NCBI RefSeq assembly: GCF_000195855.1
Contig: NC_002677.1
Span: 3,120,001 to 3,152,000, forward strand
Source of the DNA: Mycobacterium leprae TN
Lineage (GTDB): Bacteria; Actinomycetota; Actinomycetes; Mycobacteriales; Mycobacteriaceae
Reading direction: 5' to 3'
Length of the DNA stretch: 32,000 nucleotides
In this document: in pieces, positions 1-8,832 of the stretch
How positions within the stretch are numbered: the stretch's first letter is position 1
Layout of the letters: each line of letters starts with the position of its first letter
Program-made: the position numbers and the translations under genes
Notes under the pieces: generated by a model
The model's input: only the letters and a program-made list of their open reading frames with translations
The model's database searches: none
Told to the model about the DNA's origin: nothing

Positions 1-768
1 GGTCACCCAGGCGGACCAGTCGAAGCCCACACCGTCGCTTTGTAGTTCGGCGAACGTGCGCAGGTTGTAGGACAAGTCGGCGTCGCGGCGCTTAACCACG
101 TCCCAGTGCGCGTCGGCAAGTTTGGTCTCCAACGCCACGATGCGAGCAGCGGTTTTGGCGTGGCATCGGGGATCTTGGTAGCGTTCGCCCCGATACACCA
201 GAGTGAACATTCGTGCGATGTGTTCAGGGTAGGCTGCCAGCACCTCGGCGTGCTGATCATCGTGGAAATAGGACTCGTCGGGCAACCCGATGCCTGATTG
301 GCTGAAGTGCAGCAGGTAACGGGTCGAATCTTTGGAATCGGTATCCACATAGACTTCGACGCCGCCGCCCATCCCGGTGCGTTGCAACGCGCCAAGGACG
401 GCGGCCAAATCGGAGGTATCGGTGGCGTTATCGATCAAGGCCAACTCCTCCAGCAGGGGTTGGGTCCCTCTGCGTTCAACGGTTTGCTCGTCGAGGAAGC
501 TGGCGTACAAGTCACCGATGCGCTGTGCGTCGGCCTCCGCGGTCTCCCCTGCGGCGGCTGTCCCGCTGGCTTCTGTGATCAAGTCGCGCACCTGCTCTTC
601 GGTTTGGTCGAACAGGTGGCGGAAGGCTCCGTCGGTCGACCGGTCGGCGGGTATCTCGTATTCGTATAGCCAGCGGCCGTTTACATGACCGAACAGGTCG
701 TCTTGGGGTCGGGTATTGGCGTCGACATAGCTGAGGTCGATGCCCGAACGGATGGCCTCTATATTCAC
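1..768 (-). CDS. zmp1: Zinc metalloprotease Zmp1 (M13/neprilysin-like), N-terminal 256 codons; the gene continues beyond the left edge
   Basis: Absent from the ORF track because it has a GTG start and is open at the window edge. The reverse frame ending at nt 1 reads VNIEAIRSGIDLSYVDANTRPQDDLFGHVNGRWLYEYEIPADR...AQRIGDLYASFLDEQTVERRG...VYVDTDSKDSTRYLLHFSQSGIGLPDESYF...IVALETKLADAHWDVVKRRDADLSYNLRTFAELQ without a stop. This is colinear with my recollection of the Rv0198c N-terminus. The GTG lies at 768-766. Track ORFs 3..395(-), 298..669(+) and 512..901(-) are other frames of this gene. Confidence 0.85.
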   Translation of the reverse strand, partial: MNIEAIRSGIDLSYVDANTRPQDDLFGHVNGRWLYEYEIPADRSTDGAFRHLFDQTEEQVRDLITEASGTAAAGETAEADAQRIGDLYASFLDEQTVERRGTQPLLEELALIDNATDTSDLAAVLGALQRTGMGGGVEVYVDTDSKDSTRYLLHFSQSGIGLPDESYFHDDQHAEVLAAYPEHIARMFTLVYRGERYQDPRCHAKTAARIVALETKLADAHWDVVKRRDADLSYNLRTFAELQSDGVGFDWSAWVT

Positions 769-863
769 GACGCCATCCTTGCATTTTTTCAACTACAGCT
801 CGAGACGGCCCGAGACCGTGCCTACTCGTGAACTGGCCTAAGACGCCGGGTACCCTAGCGGCC

Positions 864-1502
864 ATGCCTGACGAGGAGCAGACAGAGCTACCGGTCCACA
901 AAGAGTTTGCCGGGATTGCCGACTACTCCGATCCTGGTCTCTCAGACGGTTCCGTCTTCTCGCAGTACGGTATCGCATCAACCGTTCTTGCGGTGCTGTC
1001 GGCGGCCGCAGTTGTGTTCGGCGTCGTCATTTGGCGCGCACACCATGATAACTCGGCTGAACGTGCTTACCTGACTCATGTGATGCAGACCGCGTTCGAC
1101 TGGACGGGTGTGCTGATAAATATGAACACCAGCAATGTCGATGCCAGTTTGCAGCGGCTGCATGCCGGAACGGTCGGAGAACTTAACACTGATTTCGACG
1201 CCGCCGTTCAGCCTTACCGGAAGGTGGTTGAGAAGCTGCAGACACAAAGCAGGGGCCAGATCGAAGCGGTAGCGATCGAGTCAGTGCACCACGACCTGGA
1301 TACGCAGCCCGGTGTAGCGCATCCCGTGGTGACCACCAAACTGCTACCTCCGGCGGCCCGTACCGACTCGGTGATGCTGGTAGCGACATCGGTCAGCGAG
1401 AACGTAGGAGGCAAGCCAACGACGGTGCACTGGAGCTTGCGGCTCGATGTCTCCGATGTCGATGGCAAGCTGATGATCTCTCACCTTGAGTCAATCCGAT
1501 GA
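864..1502 (+). CDS. omamA: Orphan Mce-associated membrane protein OmamA (Rv0199-like)
   Basis: Taken from track ORF 828..1502. I prefer the ATG at 864 (MPDEEQTELP...) because the remembered Rv0199 starts MPD; the GTG at 828 is an alternative. It has one TM helix (ASTVLAVLSAAAVVFGVVIW) followed by the Mce-associated motif region (YLTHVMQTAFDWTGVLINMN...LRLDVSDVDGKLMISHLESIR). It is divergent from zmp1. Confidence 0.8.
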   Translation: MPDEEQTELPVHKEFAGIADYSDPGLSDGSVFSQYGIASTVLAVLSAAAVVFGVVIWRAHHDNSAERAYLTHVMQTAFDWTGVLINMNTSNVDASLQRLHAGTVGELNTDFDAAVQPYRKVVEKLQTQSRGQIEAVAIESVHHDLDTQPGVAHPVVTTKLLPPAARTDSVMLVATSVSENVGGKPTTVHWSLRLDVSDVDGKLMISHLESIR

Positions 1503-2188
1503 GAAACCGGTGGCGGCTACTGGCATTCGACGTCGTGGCACCGCTAGTCGCGATCGCTGCGCTGGTGATGATAGGGGTGGTACTGGACTGGCCAAGGTGG
1601 TGGGTGTCGGCGTGCTCGGTGCTGGTGTTGCTGATTGTAGAAGGTGTCGGGGTCAATTTCTGGCTGCTGCGCCGTGATTCGGTTACCATTGGCACTGATG
1701 ATGACGCGCCCGGATTGCGTCTAGCAGTCGTCTCAGTGTGTACTGCTGCCCTGTGCGCGGCGGTGCTCATCGGATATATGCACTGGACTTCCCCGGACCG
1801 CGACTTTAGTCTGGATTCCAGAGAAGTAGTGCAGATCGCCACGGGGATGGCGGAGGCCATGGCGTCGTTTACCCCGAGTGCTCCGACCAGTTCCATTGAT
1901 AGAGCAGCAGCAATGATTATGCCTGACCAGGCGGGCGTGTTCAAGGAGCAATACCGAAAGTCCAGCGCCGATCTGGCCCGGCGCAACGTTACTGCTCAAG
2001 CCTCCGTACTGGCGGCCGGAGTTGAGGCCATTGGGTCGTCGGCGGCCAGTGTCGCGGTGATTCTGCGGGTAACCCAAAACACGCCGGGTCAGCCACCCAG
2101 TCAGGCGGCACCCGCAGTGCGGGTGACATTGATCAAGCGCGGCAGTGACTGGCTGGTAACCGACGTACTATCGATCAACGCCCGCTAG
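1499..2188 (+). CDS. omamB: Mce-associated membrane protein OmamB (Rv0200-like)
   Basis: Track ORF of 229 aa. Its ATG overlaps the omamA stop as ATGA (1499-1502). It has two N-terminal TM helices and then a soluble domain. Its position matches Rv0200. Confidence 0.8.
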   Translation: MRNRWRLLAFDVVAPLVAIAALVMIGVVLDWPRWWVSACSVLVLLIVEGVGVNFWLLRRDSVTIGTDDDAPGLRLAVVSVCTAALCAAVLIGYMHWTSPDRDFSLDSREVVQIATGMAEAMASFTPSAPTSSIDRAAAMIMPDQAGVFKEQYRKSSADLARRNVTAQASVLAAGVEAIGSSAASVAVILRVTQNTPGQPPSQAAPAVRVTLIKRGSDWLVTDVLSINAR

Positions 2189-2266
2189 GTCGGCGACAAT
2201 GTGCAGTAGAGTGCGGTGCTAGGCGGGATACTTCCTGCTTGCGGGGGAGAGCCGGGCACTTCGGCT

Positions 2267-2779
2267 TTAGTCGCTGTTGGCCGAACGTGCGGCCTTGACC
2301 TTGACGAATCGGTCCGACACCCGGCGCATCCGGACCATCAATGCGGCCGACGGACTGGTGCTGCCGTCCAGGTAGCTGGCCAGACCCTCGGGCGCCACAC
2401 CGATGCGGGAGGCGAATTCTTGGTGCCCCAGGCCAGAGCGATCAATCAGCAGTCGCACGTGGCGGGCAACTTCAGCGCGTTCGTTGATCTCGAGGTGGGT
2501 GCGAGCGCGTTGCAGCACCTCACCGAGCGCTTTGCAAATGCCATACGGCCGTGTGCCCTCGAGGACTTCTTCCACCTGGTGGGCCGTCCGTCCGTATGGA
2601 TCGTGTTTGACTGCGGCGGTAATCAGCTTCCAGATCTCGATGCTACCGGCGTGCAGTGCCGAGCGGATGGCGGCAGTAGACCAGAACTCCACCGGCTGAT
2701 CGGGGTCGTAGCGACCCTGGTCTGCCGCAGGCTGCTCCGGCGGCGCTGCGGGGCGTCGGTGGTCGTCGGCCAACGTCAC
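2267..2779 (-). CDS. Small conserved protein with a C-terminal XRE-type helix-turn-helix (Rv0201c-like)
   Basis: The track ORF 2267..2839 overlaps mmpL11 by 64 nt. I prefer the GTG at 2779-2777, which overlaps the mmpL11 TGA (GTGA) and is preceded by GAGGAGG about 5 nt upstream, giving 170 aa. The HTH-like segment is LIDRSGLGHQEFASRIGVAPEGLASYLDGSTSPSAALMVRMRRV. Confidence 0.75.
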   Translation of the reverse strand: MTLADDHRRPAAPPEQPAADQGRYDPDQPVEFWSTAAIRSALHAGSIEIWKLITAAVKHDPYGRTAHQVEEVLEGTRPYGICKALGEVLQRARTHLEINERAEVARHVRLLIDRSGLGHQEFASRIGVAPEGLASYLDGSTSPSAALMVRMRRVSDRFVKVKAARSANSD

Positions 2780-5700
2780 CTCGCCTCCTCGAGCATCGCT
2801 ACAGCCACTGACAGACAACGCTGCCTGACGTCCTGCCATTCTGCCTTGTTATCCGGATCAGACCACTGATCTTCAGTGAGGTCAACGGGATGGGGGTCCG
2901 AGAGCCGACGGACCAACTGGGTTGCCATCCATTGCCGCATGGGTAGTTGACAAGAGTAATATCTATCTAGCTCGGTTAGCACTACGGCCGCAGTCTCGGG
3001 CTCTATCGCATCGACCATGTCAGCCAATTCGGCGTAGTCGCGGATGCTGTTACGACACATGATCAGATAGCTCACCAGGCGTAGCGTTTCTGCGCCTGTG
3101 GGGATCAGCAACCGATCGCCGGTGGGTAGTTGGACGTGAGCGGTCTCCACCGGGCTGCACCGCTGGTAATTTGGTTGATCGGGGGCGTCGGCTTGCACGG
3201 CTATATGCGCCTCCAGCGCGTCGATGGCGACTGAGAACCGGCTACGCCACAAAGTGAACGGATGAACCGGCCGGTCAGACCAGGGCATTACTCGCGTAAT
3301 GCTGTTGCGGTGCGTCAAGCCGATGACAAGATTCCTGGCCGTCCAGTGACCGTTGGTTCTGGTCACCGGGCCTACCTGAGCTGCAGTAAGTGCCGCGGTG
3401 CTATCGCTGGCTTTACCCATTGCGGGGTCCTCTTCTGATTCTTGCGTAGCAGCGCCTGGCAGAACCCGGTCGGATCGTTTGTTGTTGCGCCCACACCCGG
3501 TGAAGGCGAGTGGGTCGGCCACGCAGATTGCGTCCGGCGCCAGGTTCTTGAGCTTCGCCGCCAACTTGAGCACCATCCGCAGGTCGCCACAGGGCACTTT
3601 GGTTGCTGAGATGTCAGCGGGGAGAACTACGATCTCATTGAGATCGACCGGCGGGAATGGCTTGTCGAAGTCGACGGCGGGTAAGGCCCGGGACAACCAG
3701 CGGGGTAGCCACCAGTTCCATTGCGCGAACATCGCCATCAGCGTCGGTACCAGAACCAGTCTCACCGCAGTCACGTCAACCGCGATCGCGACGGCGCACG
3801 CCACGCCGATCTCTGCCACTAGCGGCATGCCGGCGAACGCGAAGCCGACGAACACCGCGATCATGATCAGGGCAGCGCTGGTAATAGTGCGTGCGCTGGT
3901 GCTCACCCCGTAGGCGACCGCGTCGCGAGTATGCCCGGTTTGCAGGAAACGTTCCCGGATGCGTGTGAGCAGGAAGATTTCGTAGTCCATCGACAACCCG
4001 AAGGTCATCGCCAGCACCAGTGGGGGAACCGTGCTGTCGATCGAATTGATGTGTGTGAAACCGAGGTTCTCCAGCCAGCCCCACTGGAACACCATCACCA
4101 AGCTGCCATAGGCGGCGGCCACCGACAACAATGTCATCAGCACGCCTTTGAATGCTAGGAACACCGAGCGGATCGAGATCAACAGCATCACGAACGCGAT
4201 CAGTGCGACGAAGACCAGCATCAGCGGCTCCGTCTTGGCCACCCGGTCATCAAAGTCGTTGATCAGCGCGGTCGGTCCGCCGACATTTACGTGGGCCGCG
4301 CCGGGAACCTTAGGAAGCTCCGTACGCATCCAATCGACGGTTTCTCGGGCGCCCAGGTCCTCGGGATCGACCGACAACACCGCACCTAGCAACGCGCTGC
4401 AATTATTGTCGGCGAATTGCGGTGGTGCTACCGACATGACGTTCTTAGCCTGTAGCATCCTGTTGCGGATAGCCCCGATTGTCTGGCGGTGTTTGGGTGA
4501 TGATGCTTGAGTGTTCGGGTCGTCAGGAAAGGTGATCAGTACCTGAACGGGCCCCAGTGCGCCTGGACCGAGCGCTTGGGCCGCGGCCGCCACTCCCGCA
4601 CGGATCTCGTGCGAAGAGTTGAACTGCCGCAGCAGGCTGTTGCCCAACATCATCGATGTCACCGGCGTCGCCATGATAATCAGGATGGTCGACGCCGCCG
4701 ACGCCGAAATCCACGGCCGGTGCATCACCCACCCCACCCAGCGGGTCCAGAACAGGGACTGGGTGCACTCCGACCGCTGCGACCAGTGCATCAGCACTGA
4801 CCTTTTGACAGCAGCCCGGCCGAACGTGGCTAAAGCCGCGGGTGTCAAGGTAATCGATGCCAGCATAGCGATAGCAACGGCCAGAATCGCTCCGGTCGCC
4901 ATCGACTTCAGCGCCGCAGTGTTGATCAAATAGATTCCGGTGAGCGAGGCGATGACGGTCATACCGGACAGCACCACCGCGAGCCCGGAAGTAGCCATCG
5001 CGGCGTCGACAGCTTCCTGTGGTTGCCGACCGGACCGCAGCTCCTCGCGAAAACGCATCAGGATGAATAAGGAGTAGTCAACGGCCAGAGCGATGCCAAA
5101 CATCGACACCGTCGAAGTCACGAACACCGACATGATGGTGTGCATCGACACTAGGTCGACCAAGCCCATGGTGACCACGACGGTGCAAACGCCCAAGGCT
5201 AGCGGAACTGCCGCGGCGGCCAGCGAACCAAATACCGCGAGCAGGACGATCAGAATGATCGGCAGGTTCCATCGTTCCGCTTCGGCGATGTCGTGCTTGC
5301 TGTTGGCCGCCACAGCGGCACTGAGTGCTCCCTGCCCGATAACATAGAGTCGCACTTTGCCGTTGGCGGTCCGCCCCGCTTGGTCGCCCTTGATACCTAC
5401 CTTGGTGCGTAGTTGCTTGGCGACATCGCTAGTGACCGAGTTGCGATCATCCAAACGCAGTGACACACCATACGGCCGATCGGGTCGCGGCGGCAGCTGG
5501 GTGGGGTTGGGCACTTCCGACACGCCAGGGAACTCGCTGACAATCCGTCTTAGCAGTGCGACAGCGTCGTTCATGTCCTGGTAGCTGGCATCCGAGCGGG
5601 GAGCAGCCACCAAGGCCAACGAAACAGCTCCCTGGTCGGGATATTGCTCTTGCAGCTGATCGTGGACCAGCAGCGACTGTGACCCGGCAACTTCGAACCC

Positions 5701-5823
5701 ACCACCGGTGAGCTTCCCCGACTGCGTCATCGCCAAGTAGATTGCCGGGACCAGAGCGAGTAACCAGCCTGTGAAGACCAACCAGCGGAACCGACGCAGG
5801 TAGCTGCTCAGGCGCATCATCAA
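2776..5823 (-). CDS. mmpL11: RND-family mycolate-lipid exporter MmpL11
   Basis: 1015-aa ORF. The N-terminus MMRLSSYLRRFRWLVFTGWLLALVPAIYLAMTQSGKLTGGGFEVAGSQSLLVHDQL matches my recollection of Rv0202c. It has two six-TM bundles with the RND motifs (AVDYSLFILMRFREE, GLSMDYEIFLLTRIRE) and a long cytoplasmic C-terminal domain. Confidence 0.95.
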   Translation of the reverse strand: MMMRLSSYLRRFRWLVFTGWLLALVPAIYLAMTQSGKLTGGGFEVAGSQSLLVHDQLQEQYPDQGAVSLALVAAPRSDASYQDMNDAVALLRRIVSEFPGVSEVPNPTQLPPRPDRPYGVSLRLDDRNSVTSDVAKQLRTKVGIKGDQAGRTANGKVRLYVIGQGALSAAVAANSKHDIAEAERWNLPIILIVLLAVFGSLAAAAVPLALGVCTVVVTMGLVDLVSMHTIMSVFVTSTVSMFGIALAVDYSLFILMRFREELRSGRQPQEAVDAAMATSGLAVVLSGMTVIASLTGIYLINTAALKSMATGAILAVAIAMLASITLTPAALATFGRAAVKRSVLMHWSQRSECTQSLFWTRWVGWVMHRPWISASAASTILIIMATPVTSMMLGNSLLRQFNSSHEIRAGVAAAAQALGPGALGPVQVLITFPDDPNTQASSPKHRQTIGAIRNRMLQAKNVMSVAPPQFADNNCSALLGAVLSVDPEDLGARETVDWMRTELPKVPGAAHVNVGGPTALINDFDDRVAKTEPLMLVFVALIAFVMLLISIRSVFLAFKGVLMTLLSVAAAYGSLVMVFQWGWLENLGFTHINSIDSTVPPLVLAMTFGLSMDYEIFLLTRIRERFLQTGHTRDAVAYGVSTSARTITSAALIMIAVFVGFAFAGMPLVAEIGVACAVAIAVDVTAVRLVLVPTLMAMFAQWNWWLPRWLSRALPAVDFDKPFPPVDLNEIVVLPADISATKVPCGDLRMVLKLAAKLKNLAPDAICVADPLAFTGCGRNNKRSDRVLPGAATQESEEDPAMGKASDSTAALTAAQVGPVTRTNGHWTARNLVIGLTHRNSITRVMPWSDRPVHPFTLWRSRFSVAIDALEAHIAVQADAPDQPNYQRCSPVETAHVQLPTGDRLLIPTGAETLRLVSYLIMCRNSIRDYAELADMVDAIEPETAAVVLTELDRYYSCQLPMRQWMATQLVRRLSDPHPVDLTEDQWSDPDNKAEWQDVRQRCLSVAVAMLEEAR

Positions 5824-5952
5824 CTGCTGGATTTTTTCTCTCCCCGCCTTCTCGCTCTGTGCATGTGCAGGTGAGCGTACCGCAGCATGCTGTGGACCGG
5901 ATCGACTGATCGGCAGCTAAGTTACGGAGGCAACGATGCCGATAATACTGAT

Positions 5953-6200
5953 GTGAGTCTACGGGTGAGTGGGATTTTAGCCATCTGTGCTGGCGGCGGC
6001 TTGCCGGTGCGCGGGGTGTGGGCCGGGCAGGTGGCTGCGCGTGCGTCAGGGGACACACGCCGTAGATAGCAGCTGTTTGCAAGTAGTGCTGATTCGGCGT
6101 ACAGCCGCAAACCGTAGGAATTATCCATGAACACAGGTATTGCGGACCAGGTATCGCAGGCGATAGGTCTTATGCAGTCGGTGCAGGGGTGCCGCGCCCG
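5953..6200 (+). pseudogene. Rv0203-like secreted haem-binding protein, decayed (internal deletion plus stops)
   Basis: A signal-peptide-like start (VSLRVSGILAICAGGGLP...ARASGDT) runs into a stop at 6067-6069. A C-terminal piece QAIGLMQSVQGCRARR (about 6155-6200) matches the remembered Rv0203 end LQAIGLMQAVQGARR, but it follows an in-frame TAG. The matched ends are only about 120 nt apart instead of about 250 nt. Confidence 0.6.
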
Positions 6201-6433
6201 CCGGGCCTGCCTGATGGTTCCATCGCTGCGGCACTATCGTTTGAGTGACACTCAGGCCATATAGCCCATCGTGAACGTGCTGCTCCCCGGCCCCTTGTGA
6301 TCACAGCAAGTCGGCTAATTACCGCCATCTGCCTCCTGACCCGGAGGTGGTAGAGGTGGCAATGAACTTCAAGATAATCGCAGGCGGGTCTGCTAAAGAT
6401 GCGTTCCGAGGTGGTGATCTATCTGTGTGACCG

Positions 6434-7537
6434 CTAGTCGAGCGGTTGGTCAGGGTTACATCCTAAGTCGTCAGGGTCGGTGACGTTCTCGGTCCGGAAC
6501 ATGAAGAAGAACACTACCCAGCCGATAGCGGCGATGAGTAACCAGCTGATCAGCCTGTAGATCAGCATTGCCGAAATGGCACTCGGCAACGACATGCCGC
6601 TCGATACCAGACCCGGCACCAGCACCGCCTCGACGACCAACAAGCCACCCGGCATAAGTGGTATCGTTCCAACCGCGCGAGCGGCCGCGTAGGCGACTGT
6701 TAACCCGGCAACTGAGGCATGGTCGCCCGCAGCGTAAGCGGCGAAGCCCAGGCAGGCCACGTCGGCGATCCAGTTGAACAGTGACCAACTGAATGCCATC
6801 GCCAAGTCGCGACGGCCCAGGCTCACCGATTCGAGCTGAGTGAGCGTCTGGCGCCACTTATCCAGGCCGGTATCGGCCGATTTGCCGCGTACCGAGTTAA
6901 CCCACGACAAAACCCGCCGGCCGATCCCTTCTATCAGCTCCGGTCGCGACGCTACTGCCTGGGCCAGCAGCAACAACGTGACGAAACCGGCCAGTGCAAA
7001 CAATAACGAGAACGGGTTGTTCTTCGCGCCCAGAAAGAAAGCGCCTCCCAACGCGAGCAGCGCTAATCCCACCGCCTGCAACACACCCGACATCACCAGC
7101 TGCCACGACGCCACCACCGTGGACGCACCCCAGATGCGCTGTTGACGGAGCAGAAACGTCGCCGACAACACCGGACCGCCCGGCAGCGTGGTGCTCAGCG
7201 AGTTGGCAGCGTAGAACGCGGCTTCGGACCGCAATTGCTTTACGTTCACCCCGGCGGACTTCAGCAAGGTACGCTGAATTTGGGCAAAGCTGTGCACTGC
7301 TGCGGCCGCGGCCAGCACCGCCGCAAGCAGCCACCACCAGTTCGCTTCATACACACTCGTCCAGGCCTTGGCCAACTGGTCCCATCCCAGTGCCAGCTCG
7401 ACAACAAGAACGATGGCCACGAGACTGAGGACCACCCACCGCACCCACCAGTATTTGCCGGGCGGAGCCTCGCCACCACCAGCAGGCGACACCCCCACAC
7501 GCTGGAGGAGTCTACGAACAGGGGCGGCATGTGACAC
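6434..7537 (-). CDS. Polytopic integral membrane protein (Rv0204c-like; possibly UPF0104 / LPG-synthase-TM-like)
   Basis: 367-aa ORF with a GTG start. It has about 8 hydrophobic helices across its whole length and sits in the same position and orientation as Rv0204c. The family assignment is from memory only. Confidence 0.75.
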   Translation of the reverse strand: MSHAAPVRRLLQRVGVSPAGGGEAPPGKYWWVRWVVLSLVAIVLVVELALGWDQLAKAWTSVYEANWWWLLAAVLAAAAAVHSFAQIQRTLLKSAGVNVKQLRSEAAFYAANSLSTTLPGGPVLSATFLLRQQRIWGASTVVASWQLVMSGVLQAVGLALLALGGAFFLGAKNNPFSLLFALAGFVTLLLLAQAVASRPELIEGIGRRVLSWVNSVRGKSADTGLDKWRQTLTQLESVSLGRRDLAMAFSWSLFNWIADVACLGFAAYAAGDHASVAGLTVAYAAARAVGTIPLMPGGLLVVEAVLVPGLVSSGMSLPSAISAMLIYRLISWLLIAAIGWVVFFFMFRTENVTDPDDLGCNPDQPLD

Positions 7538-7699
7538 ATATTTAGACTAACCGTGCATATGCGATCTTAATCGTAGCGTATCTTCGACTGTGTCAGGGTT
7601 GGTCTAGAGTCGTGACTAGATCGTGCTAGCTCACTGTGCCTCTTGTGGGGCTGGTTTTCGGAGGCCTGGTAAAAGCGGTTGGGGCCAGCCAGAGGGCCG

Positions 7700-8790
7700 G
7701 CTAGGGTTGGTGGATGTTGGCGAAGCGTCGGTTGTGCCTCGGGTCCGCAAGATCACGGCCGGGTGTGGTGTTTGCTAGTCATGTTGATGTCGGTGATCGC
7801 TTTACTAGTTATTACTAGTTGGGTGCTGAAAAGCTTGAAGTCATCGTTGTGCCGGTGCTGTTGGCGTTAATGATCAGCGCGTTGTTGGTGCCGGTGTTGA
7901 AATGGCTGGACGTCCAAGGTCTGCACCGCGGTATCGTTGTTGGTCTTGCTGGGCGGATTCGTGATTCCTGAGCGGCATTTGAACATCTGTAATCAGCCAA
8001 GTCGTCGTGGGGGTTGCCCAATCTCACCGAGCAGGTGACCCACAGTATCGAAAACACCCGCAGATGGTTGATCGAAGATTCGGCGCATTCGCAGGGTGAA
8101 CAGATTGTCGACAACGCGGGCAACGCTGCGATCCAGGCGCTGCACAACAGCCAAGCGAAGTTGGCTTGCGGGTGCACGGGCCATTGTGGACGTCATCACC
8201 GAGTTGGTTACGGCGGCTGTGCTGGTGCTGTTCGCGCTGATTTTCTTCCTGAACGGCGTCCCCTATCTGGCAGCACGTTGCCAAGATTTTCCCGGTTATT
8301 ATCTGCGACAAGATGCTGGCGGCAAGTCGTGACTATACCTTGCCCATGCTGACCCGGTATCCGGGTCACTGAATCGGATGCGTGCTGGAGACATTTCTGG
8401 TGGCCAGGACCGGCGCAGCCGGGGTGGGTGCAGTGTTGGGCAGCCATGGATGTGCCACTTGCGCTGCCATCGGCTTCACGGTGTTTTCGGCGGCTTAATC
8501 CCGCTGTTAGGTCTGTTATCGCCGATTTTTGGCCGTGGTGGTCGCCTACTAGCTCGACAAGGGAATCGTCTACGATTTAATCACGCTAGTTTTTGCTTGT
8601 CCCGGTAAACCAAGTCGAAACTCGTGTGCTGCGACCGTTCGTTATGGGTCCGGTCGGGATCGTTAACCGCCGGGTGGGGCTGGCTTTTCCACCGGCCCAG
8701 CTGCGGGGATCGTCGGTACTGCTGGCTCCGGATCCATCCGCCGTGGCAGGTCAGCAGACCGACGCTGATGGGGCGGCCTCAGCCAGGTGA
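7700..8790 (+). pseudogene. AI-2E/PerM-family permease (Rv0205-like), multiply frameshifted
   Basis: Family-typical segments lie in different frames. These include [39 protein letters not shown]...* (7837-7971), [27 protein letters not shown] (track ORF 8096..8332) and NQVETRVLRPFVMGPVGIVN (track ORF 8593..8790). No ORF exceeds 112 aa, whereas Rv0205 is about 367 aa. Confidence 0.7.
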
Positions 8791-8832
8791 AACCGGATAA
8801 CCCCAAAGAATGCTAAATGCTAGGAGTGAGGC

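Noticed and set aside
3-901. Track ORFs 3..395(-), 106..297(+), 298..669(+), 377..688(+) and 512..901(-)
   Set aside because: All overlap the open zmp1 frame (1..768, minus), which gives a clean M13-protease N-terminus. These alternatives are Arg/Pro/Gly-rich off-frame products typical of GC-rich DNA.
1393-2869. Antisense ORFs 1393..1986(-) of 197 aa and 2216..2869(+) of 217 aa
   Set aside because: They lie opposite omamB and the Rv0201c-like gene respectively. They have skewed Arg/Ser/Ala composition and no recognisable motifs, whereas the sense-strand genes have orthologue-like sequences.
5447-6082. 211-aa ORF on the minus strand spanning the mmpL11 start
   Set aside because: It is out of frame with the mmpL11 N-terminus, which is confidently identified, and its composition is Arg/Pro-rich.
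6362-6430. 22-codon mini-ORF (MNFKIIAGGSAKDAFRGGDLSV) with an upstream GAGGTGG
   Set aside because: It is too short to support and lies in decayed DNA downstream of the Rv0203-like stump. There is no conservation evidence available to me.
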